Positions 36,074 to 46,411 are shown, counted from the first letter of the stretch. The stretch: 64,000 bases of DNA from an uncultured Candidatus Saccharibacteria bacterium (GCA_964371445.1 CAYJLK010000003.1:1108-65107), one strand, 5' to 3'. Made by a program: numbers and translations. The notes: generated by a model not told the origin, from the sequence alone.

Positions 36074-36190
36074 ACCCCAAATGATTACCTTGCGCGGTTG
36101 CGCGTGCTGATAAAAGTTGCGGCAGCCACTCGCGTGGACTTGAACTCGGTGGACATACGGCTCTGGTGAGTAATCATACGGGGCAAGTTA

Positions 36191-36565
36191 TTATGCGTTG
36201 ACGACGAGATTTTTCATCCGCGGCGCACGCAGCTTGTTGCGCGGAATCATCCCGTCAACTGTCTTCTTGACCACCTCGGCGATACCCTTCTTGTCGATCA
36301 TCACGTCCATGCGCACCTCACGCAAACCGCCCGGGTAGCCGGTGTAGTGCGTGTAGACCTTCCCTTTTGCACGGCGGTCGGTGATATGGAGCTTGCTCGC
36401 ATTGTTGATAGTGACGGTCATCGGGAGCGCCTGATTCTTAGCGAAGTGTACCGACTTCTTGCCCAAGAGTGCGCTCGCCGCCTCGCTACACACGCGACCG
36501 AGCGTGCGGTCGGTCGCGTCGATGATGTAGGTTGTGGGTGCCGGTTTGGTGTTGGAAGTTGCCAT
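36191..36565 (-). CDS. rplM: 50S ribosomal protein L13
   Basis: YIIDATDRTLGRVCSEAASALLGK aligns to the L13 N-terminus; ATG at 36565. Confidence 0.9.
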   Translation of the reverse strand: MATSNTKPAPTTYIIDATDRTLGRVCSEAASALLGKKSVHFAKNQALPMTVTINNASKLHITDRRAKGKVYTHYTGYPGGLREVRMDVMIDKKGIAEVVKKTVDGMIPRNKLRAPRMKNLVVNA

Positions 36566-36581
36566 GGATGAGATATGAATA

Positions 36582-36935
36582 CTAGACAAATGCTATATAC
36601 GCAAGCTTGCGCGCGTCATTTGAGCCGCGGAGCGTGCGTTTTGTGATGCGGGTGTAGCCACCTTTGCGGTCGGCATAGCGCGGGCCGATAGTGCCGAAGA
36701 GCTTCTTCACCGCCTCCTTGTCGTGGATGCGCTGGATGGCGAGCCGACGACTGGCGAGCGTGTTCGACTTCGCATAGGTGACGAGCCGTTCAATAAACGG
36801 ACGGAGCGCCTTTGCCTTGGCTTCGGTCGTCGAGATGCGCTCTTCGAGGACGAGGGAGCGAGCGAGCGAGCGGATCAACGCCGCGCGCTGTCCGGTCTCG
36901 CGATGGAAGGTCTGTGCTTTTTTAGTAAATGCCAT
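36582..36935 (-). CDS. rplQ: 50S ribosomal protein L17
   Basis: L17 signature KAKALRPFIERLVTYAK...GGYTRI. Confidence 0.9.
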   Translation of the reverse strand: MAFTKKAQTFHRETGQRAALIRSLARSLVLEERISTTEAKAKALRPFIERLVTYAKSNTLASRRLAIQRIHDKEAVKKLFGTIGPRYADRKGGYTRITKRTLRGSNDARKLAYIAFV

Positions 36936-36940
36936 ATGTC

Positions 36941-37891
36941 TTATTCACCTTTCAGGGTGAGGCCGAAGCCGGCGAGAGATTCAGAAATCTCTTCAACCGC
37001 CTTCTCGCCGATGCCGTCGAGCTCTTTAAGTTGGGTCGCCGACTTGCGTGCGAGACCGGCAGCACTCTTGATGCCGGCGCCTTCAAGCGAGGAAACGATG
37101 CGTGCGGAGAGGCCCATATCGGCGACCTTCACCTTCGTCGCCTCAGTGGTGCCCTCGGCAGACGCCTTCGCTGTGGAACCGCCTCCTGTCGACACCGGCT
37201 CGTTCTCCTGGAAGCCGATCACGGCGCGGAGCTGGTGAATCATCGTCTCGATGGACTGCTCAAGCGCCTCACGCGGCGCGATGGTGCCGTTGGTCTCGAT
37301 AAGGATGCGCAGGCGATTGAAATCGGTGCGGTCGCCGACGCGCATGTTCTCCACCTCATAGTTCACACGGCGGATCGGCGTGAAGGTCGCATCAAGTGCG
37401 ATAGTGCCGATGTCGACCTTATCTTTCGTGAGCACCTCGCGCGCGACGTAGCCCAAACCGCGCTCGATAGTCGCTTCGAGCTCGAGGACCGCCTTACCCG
37501 AGAGGTCAGCGATGTGCTGTTCGGGATTCTTAATCTCGACCTGGCTTGGCAGGTTAAAATCTTTTGCCGTAATCTCGCCGGTACCCTTCGCGACGAGTGA
37601 AATGGTCTGCGGCTCGTCGCCATGAAGCACGAAATGCACACGCTTGAGGTTCAAGAGGATCTCCATGACCGTCTCGCGCGCACCGTCGATAGTGGCGAAC
37701 TCGTGCGGAACGCCCTCGATCTTCACCTGCGTCACCGCTGCGCCGGGGAGCGATGAGAGGATGATGCGGCGAAGCGAGTTGCCGAGCGTGTGACCGTAGC
37801 CCGGATAGAGTGAATCTATTTCATAGACGCCCTGCAGTCCTTCTTCAGAGACGATGCGCGGCTTGCTGGGAAGTGTAATGTGGTATTCCAT
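36941..37891 (-). CDS. rpoA: DNA-directed RNA polymerase subunit alpha
   Basis: Alpha N-terminal dimerisation domain (GHTLGNSLRRILLSS-like) and C-terminal domain. Confidence 0.95.
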   Translation of the reverse strand: MEYHITLPSKPRIVSEEGLQGVYEIDSLYPGYGHTLGNSLRRIILSSLPGAAVTQVKIEGVPHEFATIDGARETVMEILLNLKRVHFVLHGDEPQTISLVAKGTGEITAKDFNLPSQVEIKNPEQHIADLSGKAVLELEATIERGLGYVAREVLTKDKVDIGTIALDATFTPIRRVNYEVENMRVGDRTDFNRLRILIETNGTIAPREALEQSIETMIHQLRAVIGFQENEPVSTGGGSTAKASAEGTTEATKVKVADMGLSARIVSSLEGAGIKSAAGLARKSATQLKELDGIGEKAVEEISESLAGFGLTLKGE

Positions 37892-37924
37892 AACTCAATC
37901 GTAATTACCGGTAAATAATAAAAA

Positions 37925-38536
37925 CTAACGCGTGTAGAACGAGAGCACTGCGGCCAAGTCGCCCGCCGGATCCGCCGATGCGGCGGTCGGACGCTCCGAA
38001 ACCGCACCTTCCATCTTCTTCGCGTCCCACCGAAGCCACGACGGGAGCGGACGCTCCGCAAACTTCTCCGCGAAGCCGACGAGAACGCCGTGCTCCTTGG
38101 AGCCCTCGCGCACAGCGATGACGTCGCCGACGCCGAGCGCCTGCGACGGCACGCGGCTCTTCTTGCCGCCGACCATCACGTGACCGTGCGCGACCATCTG
38201 GCGCGCGCCGCGTCGCGTCGAGGCGAGGCCGAGGCGCCACACGACGTTGTCGAGACGGAGCTCGAGAAGCTCGTGGAGGCGATCCTTCGGCTGGGCGCTG
38301 TGCACTGCGAGCGCCTTGCGCACATAGTTGCGGAACTGGCGCTCGGTAAGCCCATAGGTCACGCGCACCTTCTGCTTCTCGAGCATCTGCTTGCCGTATT
38401 CGCTTTGGCGCCCGCGCCCGCGGCGCTTATTCTTAGCAGAGCGCTCGGCAGAAATCGCAAACTTCTGCGTTTGCGCTTTCTCGAAGACGGTCGCGCCGAG
38501 GCGCTTCGCTATTTTATATCGTGGTCCGGTAATCAT
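37925..38536 (-). CDS. rpsD: 30S ribosomal protein S4
   Basis: MITGPRYKIAKRLG N-terminus, S4 RNA-binding domain. Confidence 0.95.
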   Translation of the reverse strand: MITGPRYKIAKRLGATVFEKAQTQKFAISAERSAKNKRRGRGRQSEYGKQMLEKQKVRVTYGLTERQFRNYVRKALAVHSAQPKDRLHELLELRLDNVVWRLGLASTRRGARQMVAHGHVMVGGKKSRVPSQALGVGDVIAVREGSKEHGVLVGFAEKFAERPLPSWLRWDAKKMEGAVSERPTAASADPAGDLAAVLSFYTR

Positions 38537-38551
38537 GGTGCAGGTAAAAGG

Positions 38552-38986
38552 TTATACGCGACGAGGCTTCGGCGGACGCGGACCGTTATGCGGCACCGGT
38601 GTCACATCCTTGATGGACTTGATCTGCACGCCCTTGCCCGAGAAGGCGCGAAGCACCGACTCGCGACCGGCACCGACACCGCGGATGATGACCGTCGCTT
38701 CCTTGAGTCCGATCATCATACCCTTCTCGCCGAGAAATTCGCCGACCTTCGCCGCCGCATACGGCGTCGACTTACGCGCGCCGGAGAACCCGAGCGCGCC
38801 GGCAGAAGACGAGACGACGGCGTTGCCCTTTTCGTCGGTAAGGATGGCCTTGGTGTTATTGAAAGTCGCTTCGATGTGCAAGATGCCTTTCTCGAGATGA
38901 CGCTTGGTAACCTTCGACATGGCGCGCTCCTTCCGCCCGGCATCCATGCCTCTCCCGCTCTTCTTGATGATGCGTTTCTTTCCCAT
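38552..38986 (-). CDS. rpsK: 30S ribosomal protein S11
   Basis: GILHIEATFNNT...SSAGALGFSG S11 signature. Confidence 0.95.
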   Translation of the reverse strand: MGKKRIIKKSGRGMDAGRKERAMSKVTKRHLEKGILHIEATFNNTKAILTDEKGNAVVSSSAGALGFSGARKSTPYAAAKVGEFLGEKGMMIGLKEATVIIRGVGAGRESVLRAFSGKGVQIKSIKDVTPVPHNGPRPPKPRRV

Positions 38987-38988
38987 AT

Positions 38989-39369
38989 TTAGGTCTTTTC
39001 GAGCGTACGACGGCCGGAGGTCATCGTCTTACGGACGTTGCCGCGACGCGTGCGCGAGTTTGTCTTCGTGCGCTGGCCGCGCACTGGCATCCCGCGCGTG
39101 TGGCGCTCGCCGCGCGCCGAACGGATATCCTTCAGGCGCTTGATGTTCTGTCCGATCTCGCGGCGCAGCTCGCCTTCGATCGTGAAGCCTTCGGCAAGCA
39201 GGCGGATCTTCTGCTCCTCATCGGCAGTGAGGTCGCTCCCCTTCTTTGTCGCAGCAATGCCGACCTGCTTCAGGATGTCGCGCGCGCGCGTCGGTCCGAT
39301 GCCGAAGATAAGCGGCAATGAATACGCGAGCTGCTTGTTATCGGGGAGTGTGACGCCGGCTATACGCAT
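38989..39369 (-). CDS. rpsM: 30S ribosomal protein S13
   Basis: MRIAGVTLPDNKQLAYSLPLIFGIG signature. Confidence 0.95.
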   Translation of the reverse strand: MRIAGVTLPDNKQLAYSLPLIFGIGPTRARDILKQVGIAATKKGSDLTADEEQKIRLLAEGFTIEGELRREIGQNIKRLKDIRSARGERHTRGMPVRGQRTKTNSRTRRGNVRKTMTSGRRTLEKT

Positions 39370-39405
39370 ACGAATAAATTTAAAAGTTTAAATATGTAAA
39401 TATCT

Positions 39406-39522
39406 TTAACCCTGACGTGCCTTGCGGCGCGGATTCTTCTTATTGATACGGTACAGACGCCCGCCGCGGCGGACGAGCTGGTCTCCTGATTGCTGGACTT
39501 TGATAGACGCACGGACTTTCAT
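39406..39522 (-). CDS. rpmJ: 50S ribosomal protein L36, zinc-independent (Cys-less) type
   Basis: Translated by hand: [38 protein letters not shown] (38 aa). Canonical alpha-operon position between infA and rpsM. Under 60 aa, so absent from the ORF track. Confidence 0.8.
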   Translation of the reverse strand: MKVRASIKVQQSGDQLVRRGGRLYRINKKNPRRKARQG

Positions 39523-39541
39523 CTTGAAAATTAAAAGTGAA

Positions 39542-39781
39542 TTACGTTAATCGGCGCACGATCCTCGCGCGACCCCCATACGGGTCAAGCACCATATCCA
39601 CCTGGTCGCCGACCAGAACGCGGATACGATGCAGACGCATCTTCCCTGCAAGGTAGGCGAGCTTCAACTCCCCTTCTCCCCCCTCCTCCGCGGCGGGCAG
39701 GCGAACGCGAAAAAGCGAGTTCGGCAACACTTCTTCAACGGTCCCTACCGTTGTTGATTTTGTTTCGTCGCCGTCACTCAT
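39542..39781 (-). CDS. infA: Translation initiation factor IF-1
   Basis: S1-like OB fold: [14 protein letters not shown]...[16 protein letters not shown]...IVRRL, with a short acidic insertion. Confidence 0.9.
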   Translation of the reverse strand: MSDGDETKSTTVGTVEEVLPNSLFRVRLPAAEEGGEGELKLAYLAGKMRLHRIRVLVGDQVDMVLDPYGGRARIVRRLT

Positions 39782-39848
39782 TTAAGCTTCCTTCATGCAG
39801 GTACTCCAATAATCTAGCAGGTATCTGAAAAACCGTCAACAACCGCCT

Positions 39849-41054
39849 CTACGGATTCGCCACGACGACCGAAATAGAGGCCGGATCCTGGGGAAAGGTC
39901 TGCCGCCAGAAGGGGCGCAGGATGATGACTGCCCGCTTGACCTCGGGGTAATTTGTGAGCGCTACCTCGGCGGCGGCTCTCGTCTTCCCGCTTACGGCGG
40001 CACTGATGCGGGTCGAATCGACGGTGTAGATAAGCGACGCCGTACCGCTCATCTTGAAGGCAAATGACTTTGCTTCCGGCGTAGGCATATCGGTTTCCGG
40101 AGCGAGCTCGAGCTTGCTTGCCGGAGCGAGCGTCAACGCCTCGCCTTGATAGCCAAGCCCGGTCACCGATTCGGCAACTGCCTTTGCGAGCGCGGCATTC
40201 GGAAAGATGACCGCGGTAATCGTCGCCTGTTCTCTCACTTCGACCATGCCGGTCGTCGACGAAGGAGCCGAGTCGAGCGCCTCGTAGGTCGTCGCCGACG
40301 CACCCGGAAGAAGCACGTAGCCGGGAGGAACCTTCGCGTCGAGGCTCGACGCGAGGTCCGGCGCAAGCGCCTTGATAAGCGCATCCCTCGCCTCTGCCTC
40401 CAGAGTCGCATCGACGACCGGGACACTCCCCGAGGCGCCGCCCGTCATCTGATTCGTCGAGCGCGCGTAGACTTGGGTCGCTTGGGGCGTTCCGGCAAAT
40501 CCGGGAATAGTGAAGGAGGTCGGGGCGATATTGTAGGTACTGCCTGCCTGATCCGCATAGACCTTCGCGACGACACTCCCGGGATTTGCAGCGGTACCGC
40601 CTGGAATGGTTATTGCGGTACGAATGCGGAAGATAAGCCCCGCAGAAGTTGCAAAACGGGTGGTCGCGATAAGTTTCTGGGACTTCGCTTGCGTGTTGTA
40701 GACGGTGATATTTCCGGAAGCAAAAGAGTTCACGGTCTTAGTGCCGTTCCCTTTGACGCTCTGCGACGCTATCTTCTGCGCGGTGATGATCTCAAACGGC
40801 AGGTCGCCGGAACTCTGGGTCGCGATAAAGGAGCTCTGGACCGCCGCGGAGACGGTATTCGGCGTCACCTCGACTTTAGCGCTGGAGAAATAGAGGAGCG
40901 CACCGAGAGACACTGCGATGACGAAGATAATGGCGAGGAGCGTCGCATACGGGAAGCGGGACCTCCCCGTTCGACCCGAGGCGACAGACTTGCTTAACGG
41001 TTCTACTTCCCTACTACGGCGAGACGGCGGAGTGATGTCGTTGAGTGTGCGCAT
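39849..41054 (-). CDS. Hypothetical membrane-anchored extracytoplasmic protein (401 aa)
   Basis: Single N-terminal TM helix, Ala/Thr/Ser-rich beta-rich body, no motif recognised. Confidence 0.5.
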   Translation of the reverse strand: MRTLNDITPPSRRSREVEPLSKSVASGRTGRSRFPYATLLAIIFVIAVSLGALLYFSSAKVEVTPNTVSAAVQSSFIATQSSGDLPFEIITAQKIASQSVKGNGTKTVNSFASGNITVYNTQAKSQKLIATTRFATSAGLIFRIRTAITIPGGTAANPGSVVAKVYADQAGSTYNIAPTSFTIPGFAGTPQATQVYARSTNQMTGGASGSVPVVDATLEAEARDALIKALAPDLASSLDAKVPPGYVLLPGASATTYEALDSAPSSTTGMVEVREQATITAVIFPNAALAKAVAESVTGLGYQGEALTLAPASKLELAPETDMPTPEAKSFAFKMSGTASLIYTVDSTRISAAVSGKTRAAAEVALTNYPEVKRAVIILRPFWRQTFPQDPASISVVVANP

Positions 41055-41100
41055 ATAAGACTCAGTATACCAGTTTTATAGGTCGAGGTCAGTCTATCCA

Positions 41101-42150
41101 CTACAGCTCCCGCTCATGTCTCGCTTGGTAGTAGATGGCGATAAGGAGGAGCAAGAGGTCGGGGGTAGCCGCCGCAGACTGGCGCACGAGCCCGGTGATA
41201 TGACTCGCAAGCACCGAGATTATTTTCGGCGGGTTATCCGAGAGCCAGAGCTCTCCCAGGCTTGCCGAATCGAGCGCTTCGCGCAGGTCGGACACTTCCG
41301 GTTCGCGAGCAAGCAGAAATATCGTCCGCGGCAGGGGGAAATGTTTCGCGAGTTCGGCGAGTTCGTCTCCAATATGCCCGACCCAGGAGCCGATAGTATC
41401 CGCATCCGACACCTTGACTTCAGTTATCGAAACAAACAAGCCTTTCCGTATAAGCGCGATAGAGGTGAGCGGCCCTGTCGCGTCGAGAATGAGCGCATCG
41501 CGCTCGTGCGGAAACGCCTTCTGCATCGCCTGATAGCGGAGCGAACTTCCCGCGATAGTGAGGATATCGGTGGTGTGATAGATACTCTGTAGAGTCTTCG
41601 CGACACTCTCCGCGACTTTCGCATCAATGAGCGACGTCAAAACAATAACGGCGGCCCGATGCACCTCCTTCCCGTACGGATCACGCGACTCGTAGCCATT
41701 GAGAATCGTACCGATGATACTCTCGTCGGCAAGCGTCTTCCCGGGCGTGGTTACCCTCGTTCTTTCCAGCGTCTCGGCGACAAGATTTTTGGTGAAGATA
41801 AACGACTCTCCTTGCTCGAACATTTCGGTACGTATCGAAGTCTCCTGCCATGGTGCATCGATGGAAACGAGGATTGCATCGGCATTTCCGCTTCCGGTCG
41901 TTCGAGCGAGGATCGGCGCGCCTTCGCGAACGAGCGTATTGCCGAGCGTGATGAGCGCACGCGTCATAGCCTCTTCTCGCGGCTCGTCCGCGCGGACTTC
42001 GATGGGGAAACGCCGTGTATAGAGGAGTGCGGGCGGCTCACCCTCCGCATATCGCGCGTACGCTCCCGCGACCGAGGTTATGCCGATATCAATAAGTACA
42101 ACCGACGTGCCCTTTTTCTTACCGCTAAAAAGATCAGCTATGAAACTCAT
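41101..42150 (-). CDS. Actin-like ATPase-fold protein (possible PilM/FtsA-like)
   Basis: N-terminal VVLIDIGITSVAGAY resembles the phosphate-1 motif of the PilM/FtsA/Hsp70 superfamily; hydrophobic C-terminal helix. Confidence 0.3.
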   Translation of the reverse strand: MSFIADLFSGKKKGTSVVLIDIGITSVAGAYARYAEGEPPALLYTRRFPIEVRADEPREEAMTRALITLGNTLVREGAPILARTTGSGNADAILVSIDAPWQETSIRTEMFEQGESFIFTKNLVAETLERTRVTTPGKTLADESIIGTILNGYESRDPYGKEVHRAAVIVLTSLIDAKVAESVAKTLQSIYHTTDILTIAGSSLRYQAMQKAFPHERDALILDATGPLTSIALIRKGLFVSITEVKVSDADTIGSWVGHIGDELAELAKHFPLPRTIFLLAREPEVSDLREALDSASLGELWLSDNPPKIISVLASHITGLVRQSAAATPDLLLLLIAIYYQARHEREL

Positions 42151-42154
42151 CAGC

Positions 42155-44017
42155 TCATTCTAACACCGCCTTGATGCGACGGATGCCGGCGGACGACGCT
42201 TCTTCTTTCAAAATTTTAAATGTCCCCTTGAGCTCGCTTGTGTTGGAGACGTGCGGACCGCCGCAGAATTCTATTGAAAACGCGCTGTCCAAGGGTCCGA
42301 CCGAGTACACCGAGACCGTGTCCGGGTACGTCGCACCGAACTCGTGTTCAGCACCAAGCTTCTCCGCTTCCTCCTTTTTCATATCGGTACGAATGACGGG
42401 AATCGCTTCGGCTATCTTCTCGTTCACGATTCTTTCCACCTCTGCCTTCTGCTCCGGCGTCATCTTGGCACCGTAGGAGAAGTCGATGCGCAAGCGTTCG
42501 CTCGTGATGTTGCTCCCCCGCTGATGCACTTCGCTCCCGAGCACCATCTGGAGAGCCTTCAAGAGGAGGTGGTGTGCCGTGTGATAACGGACCGTCTGTT
42601 CTGCGTGGTCGGCGAGCCCGCCCGCGAACTTCTGCGCCGCGCCCGCACGCGAGAGCGCCTGGTGCTCTTCCATTTTCGCCTTCACCGCGTCCATAGGGAG
42701 CGCGATGCCGCGCTCCCTTGCAATCTCTTCGGTGAGCTCTATCGGAAAACCGTAGGTTGTGAAGAGCATGAAGGCATCGATAGAGCTCCCCATCTTCTCA
42801 AGCTCGCGCTGACCTTGTGTGAGCGTCTTACGGAACTGCGCTTCTTCTTTCACCAACTCTTCTTTAATCTGCGAGGCACTTTCATATATGAAAGTGTACT
42901 GGTCTCGGTATGCTTGACCGAATCCCTCGGCAACCTCTGCAAGCACGGCGTCCTTGATGCCGAGCTTGTCAGCTTCGCGGATAGAGCGGCGGATAAGCCG
43001 TCGCAGAACGTACCCTTGCTCAGAATTCCCCGGTCGGATGCCGGAAGCGATGAAGAACGATGCCGCGCGCATGTGGTCGAGGATGATACGGAACGAACGG
43101 GTTGCGTCGACATCGCCATATGACCTCCCCGAGCGCTTCTCGATAACCGCGCGTGCAGCGTTGAACACATCAATCATAAAAATATCCGGGTTCCCTATCG
43201 ACGCGAAGGCAAGCCGCTCGAGCCCGCCGCCGAAGTCTACATTGCGCTTCGGCAACTCGGTAAACGAGCCGTCAGCCTGCTTTACGTACTGCATGAAAAC
43301 TGAATTCGCGATTTCGACGAAGCGGCCGCAGTCGCAATTCACATGACATTCCTTTCCCCATTTCGGGTCGTGCGGAGTGCCGAAGTCGTAGAACACTTCT
43401 GAATCCGGACCGCCCGGCTCACCGGGCGGCATTTTAGCCGGTACGCCCGAGCGACTCCACCAATTTTTCTTCGCTCCGTAGGAGAAGATGCGGCCGCCCT
43501 GCATGCCCTTCTCGTATCCAGCCTCCTCGGTGCCGATACGGACAAGCTCGGCAGGCATCCCTTTTGCGGCGAAATTCTTCTTCCAGATTTCAACCGCTTC
43601 AGTATCAAGGTCCATCCCCGTACTTTCGTCGCCGTCGAAGACGGTTACATAGAGCTTGGCGGGATCGAAACCGAGACCCTCTTCTGTAGAGGTAAGGAAT
43701 TCAAATACCCACGGGAGTTGCTCCTGCTTGAAGTAGTCTCCCAAACTCCAGTTTCCCAGCATTTCAAAAAAAGTTGTGTGGCGATTGTCACCCACCTCTT
43801 CAATGTCTTCAGCACGAAATGACATCTGAGAATCGGTCAAGCGATTACCTTCTGGATGCGGCTGGCCCAAGAGGTACGGGACAAGCGGTTGCATCCCACT
43901 GCTGGTGAAAAGCGTGGTGGGGTCATTCTCGGGCACGATAGGCGCCGAGGGGATGACTGCATGTCCCCGCTTGGCAAAAAACTCTAAGTAGCGCTTGCGT
44001 ACGTCTGCGACGTTCAT
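42155..44017 (-). CDS. alaS: Alanyl-tRNA synthetase, truncated form lacking the C-Ala/DHHA1 domain
   Basis: Class II catalytic core plus editing domain (HxxxH ...TAHHLL..., CGGPHV). Ends after the editing domain at 621 aa from ATG 44017. Confidence 0.85.
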   Translation of the reverse strand: MNVADVRKRYLEFFAKRGHAVIPSAPIVPENDPTTLFTSSGMQPLVPYLLGQPHPEGNRLTDSQMSFRAEDIEEVGDNRHTTFFEMLGNWSLGDYFKQEQLPWVFEFLTSTEEGLGFDPAKLYVTVFDGDESTGMDLDTEAVEIWKKNFAAKGMPAELVRIGTEEAGYEKGMQGGRIFSYGAKKNWWSRSGVPAKMPPGEPGGPDSEVFYDFGTPHDPKWGKECHVNCDCGRFVEIANSVFMQYVKQADGSFTELPKRNVDFGGGLERLAFASIGNPDIFMIDVFNAARAVIEKRSGRSYGDVDATRSFRIILDHMRAASFFIASGIRPGNSEQGYVLRRLIRRSIREADKLGIKDAVLAEVAEGFGQAYRDQYTFIYESASQIKEELVKEEAQFRKTLTQGQRELEKMGSSIDAFMLFTTYGFPIELTEEIARERGIALPMDAVKAKMEEHQALSRAGAAQKFAGGLADHAEQTVRYHTAHHLLLKALQMVLGSEVHQRGSNITSERLRIDFSYGAKMTPEQKAEVERIVNEKIAEAIPVIRTDMKKEEAEKLGAEHEFGATYPDTVSVYSVGPLDSAFSIEFCGGPHVSNTSELKGTFKILKEEASSAGIRRIKAVLE

Positions 44018-44063
44018 GAGGAAAAAGATAGCATGAGATACAGGATTCATATACTATGCGTCT

Positions 44064-46028
44064 ATGAAAAAAGATTGGGGATTCGATGCACGAGATATTG
44101 ATGCTAAGGTCCGGCCTCAGGACGATTTTTATCTCTACGCGAACGGCGGTTGGCTCGCGAAGAATCCGGTGCCGCCCCACGAATCGCGATGGGGCTCCTT
44201 CATGATTTTGCGCTATGACACCGAGAAGAAGCTCCGCACTCTGGTGACAAAGGTGCAGCAGATGAAGCATCTTGCGGCCGGGAGCCCAGAACAGATGGTG
44301 CGCGACTTGTATCGTTCGGCACTCGACATGAAGACTCGTAATGCATTGGGGATAAAACCGCTCAAAACATGGCTCGAGCGCATCGCGAACATCAAAGACA
44401 TCCGATCGCTTGTCGAAACCTTCGCCCATCTCGAGACAATAGGCGGCGGCGGCCCGTGGGGGCTCATGGTCGATCAGGATATGCAGGACAGCGAGACCTA
44501 CATCGTCTATCTGCATCAGAGCGGTCTTGGGATGCCCGACCGCGACTACTACTTGAAGAATGATGCCGAGTCGAAGCGCGTACGTTCTGCCTACGAGAAG
44601 CATCTTGAAGCGATATCCGCCCTCATGGGCAAACCGAGGGGAGAGGCAAAGCGCGATCGAGAAACAGTGATGCGCCTTGAAACCGCCATCGCGAAAGCTT
44701 CGATGACGAAAGAGGACCTGCGTGATGTGGACAAGACCTACCACAAGATGCGGACGACCGCGCTCGCACGCCTCGCTCATTCGGTCGACTGGAAGGCATA
44801 CTTCCGCATCACCGGCGCCGGCGCTGTGCGCGAGGTCGTCGTAATGCAGCCGAAATTTCTCGAAGCGATTAATGCCCTTATTGCAAAGGAGCCGCTTGCG
44901 GATTGGAAGACGTATCTCACGTGGCATCTCGTCGGCGGCTCCGCAGGCTATCTCTCAGCCAAATTTGAGAAGCAGAACTTCGCCTTCTACGGGACAGTGC
45001 TCTCTGGAGTGAAGGTGATGAAGCCCTTGTGGCGGCGCGCCTTGGGCGGGGTGAACGGCAATATCGGCGAAGTGCTCGGCAAGCTGTATGTGAAAGAATA
45101 TTTCGGCCCCGGGGCGAAGCACAAGATAAAGACCGTCGTCGCTGACCTCTTCGAGGCTTATGCAGCGCGTATCAAGCATCTCGACTGGATGAGTCCCGCG
45201 ACTAAAAAGAAAGCGCTTAAGAAGCTCGGCGAGATAACCCGCAAGCTTGGGTATCCTGACAAGTGGAAGAGCTATCGCGGTCTCGTCATCAAGCCAGATG
45301 ACTACTTCGGCAATGCGGTTCGCGCAATTCTCTTTGAACACAAGCGCGTCATGAACCGATTGAAGAAGCCGGTCGACCGCACCGAGTGGTTTATGACGCC
45401 GCAGACCGTGAATGCGTATTGCAGTTTCGGTATGAATGATGTCGTCTTCCCCGCCGCCATCCTGCAGCCGCCATTCTTTGACGCGAGCGCCGACGATGCG
45501 GTCAATTATGGCTCGATCGGCTCGGTTATCGGCCACGAGATAACGCATGCATTTGACGACCAAGGATCCAAGTTCGACGGCAAGGGCAACCGCAAGACGT
45601 GGTGGACGGCAGCTGACCAGGCGCGCTTCAACAAAAAGGCGAACGTGCTCGTGAAGCAGTTTAACGAATACACCGTTGCTGGCGGACTCAACGTGAACGG
45701 CCAGCTGACACTTGGCGAGAACATCGCTGACCTCGGTGGCGCCTCGATCGCCTTCGACGCCTATCAGCTCCGCTTGGCGAAGACAGGACGAAAGGATATA
45801 GCTGGCCTCACGCCTGAACAGCGCTTCTTCCTCTCTTTTGCGCTCTTCGATCGCGAGAATCGCCGCCCGGAGTCGGAGAAAACAGCGGTGCTCACTGATC
45901 CGCACTCGCCCGGCCAATTTCGCATCAACGGCCCAGCCTCGAACCTCCCCGAGTTCTACGAAGCGTTTGGCGTCAAAAAAGGCGACGAGCTCTACCGTGC
46001 TCCCAAAGATCGCGCGAAGATTTGGTAA
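44064..46028 (+). CDS. pepO: M13 family metallopeptidase (neprilysin/PepO-like)
   Basis: HEITHAFDDQG (HExxH), NAYY-type and GENIADLGG motifs. Confidence 0.85.
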   Translation: MKKDWGFDARDIDAKVRPQDDFYLYANGGWLAKNPVPPHESRWGSFMILRYDTEKKLRTLVTKVQQMKHLAAGSPEQMVRDLYRSALDMKTRNALGIKPLKTWLERIANIKDIRSLVETFAHLETIGGGGPWGLMVDQDMQDSETYIVYLHQSGLGMPDRDYYLKNDAESKRVRSAYEKHLEAISALMGKPRGEAKRDRETVMRLETAIAKASMTKEDLRDVDKTYHKMRTTALARLAHSVDWKAYFRITGAGAVREVVVMQPKFLEAINALIAKEPLADWKTYLTWHLVGGSAGYLSAKFEKQNFAFYGTVLSGVKVMKPLWRRALGGVNGNIGEVLGKLYVKEYFGPGAKHKIKTVVADLFEAYAARIKHLDWMSPATKKKALKKLGEITRKLGYPDKWKSYRGLVIKPDDYFGNAVRAILFEHKRVMNRLKKPVDRTEWFMTPQTVNAYCSFGMNDVVFPAAILQPPFFDASADDAVNYGSIGSVIGHEITHAFDDQGSKFDGKGNRKTWWTAADQARFNKKANVLVKQFNEYTVAGGLNVNGQLTLGENIADLGGASIAFDAYQLRLAKTGRKDIAGLTPEQRFFLSFALFDRENRRPESEKTAVLTDPHSPGQFRINGPASNLPEFYEAFGVKKGDELYRAPKDRAKIW

Positions 46029-46038
46029 CATAGCTACA

Positions 46039-46410
46039 ATGAATACTTCCCAACCAAAAATTATCGCCTTCGACTTCGACGGAGTACTCGCTACCTACAA
46101 CGGATTCATCTCGAAAGAGGATATTCAGGCGCCCAATCCTGAGGTGGTGAAGGCGATTACTCTGCTCAAAGAACAAGGATACAAGATCCTCATTCACTCC
46201 ACGCGCGGAGACGAGTTTTTAGAGAAATACTGCAAGCAATTTTCCATACCGGTTGATTACATAAATCGGCATATGCACCGCGAGGGAGACAATCCGGGCA
46301 AGCCCATCGCCTTCGTCTACGTGGACGATCGCGCCATCTGTTACAGGGGAGAAAACGCTGAATCACTCGTCTCTGAAATTATCAGTTTCAAACCGCACTG
46401 GCAGAAATAA
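46039..46410 (+). CDS. Small HAD-superfamily hydrolase-like protein (123 aa)
   Basis: Motif I IIAFDFDGVLA (DxDGV); ATG at 46039 lies 8 nt after the pepO stop. Confidence 0.55.
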   Translation: MNTSQPKIIAFDFDGVLATYNGFISKEDIQAPNPEVVKAITLLKEQGYKILIHSTRGDEFLEKYCKQFSIPVDYINRHMHREGDNPGKPIAFVYVDDRAICYRGENAESLVSEIISFKPHWQK

Positions 46411-46411
46411 T

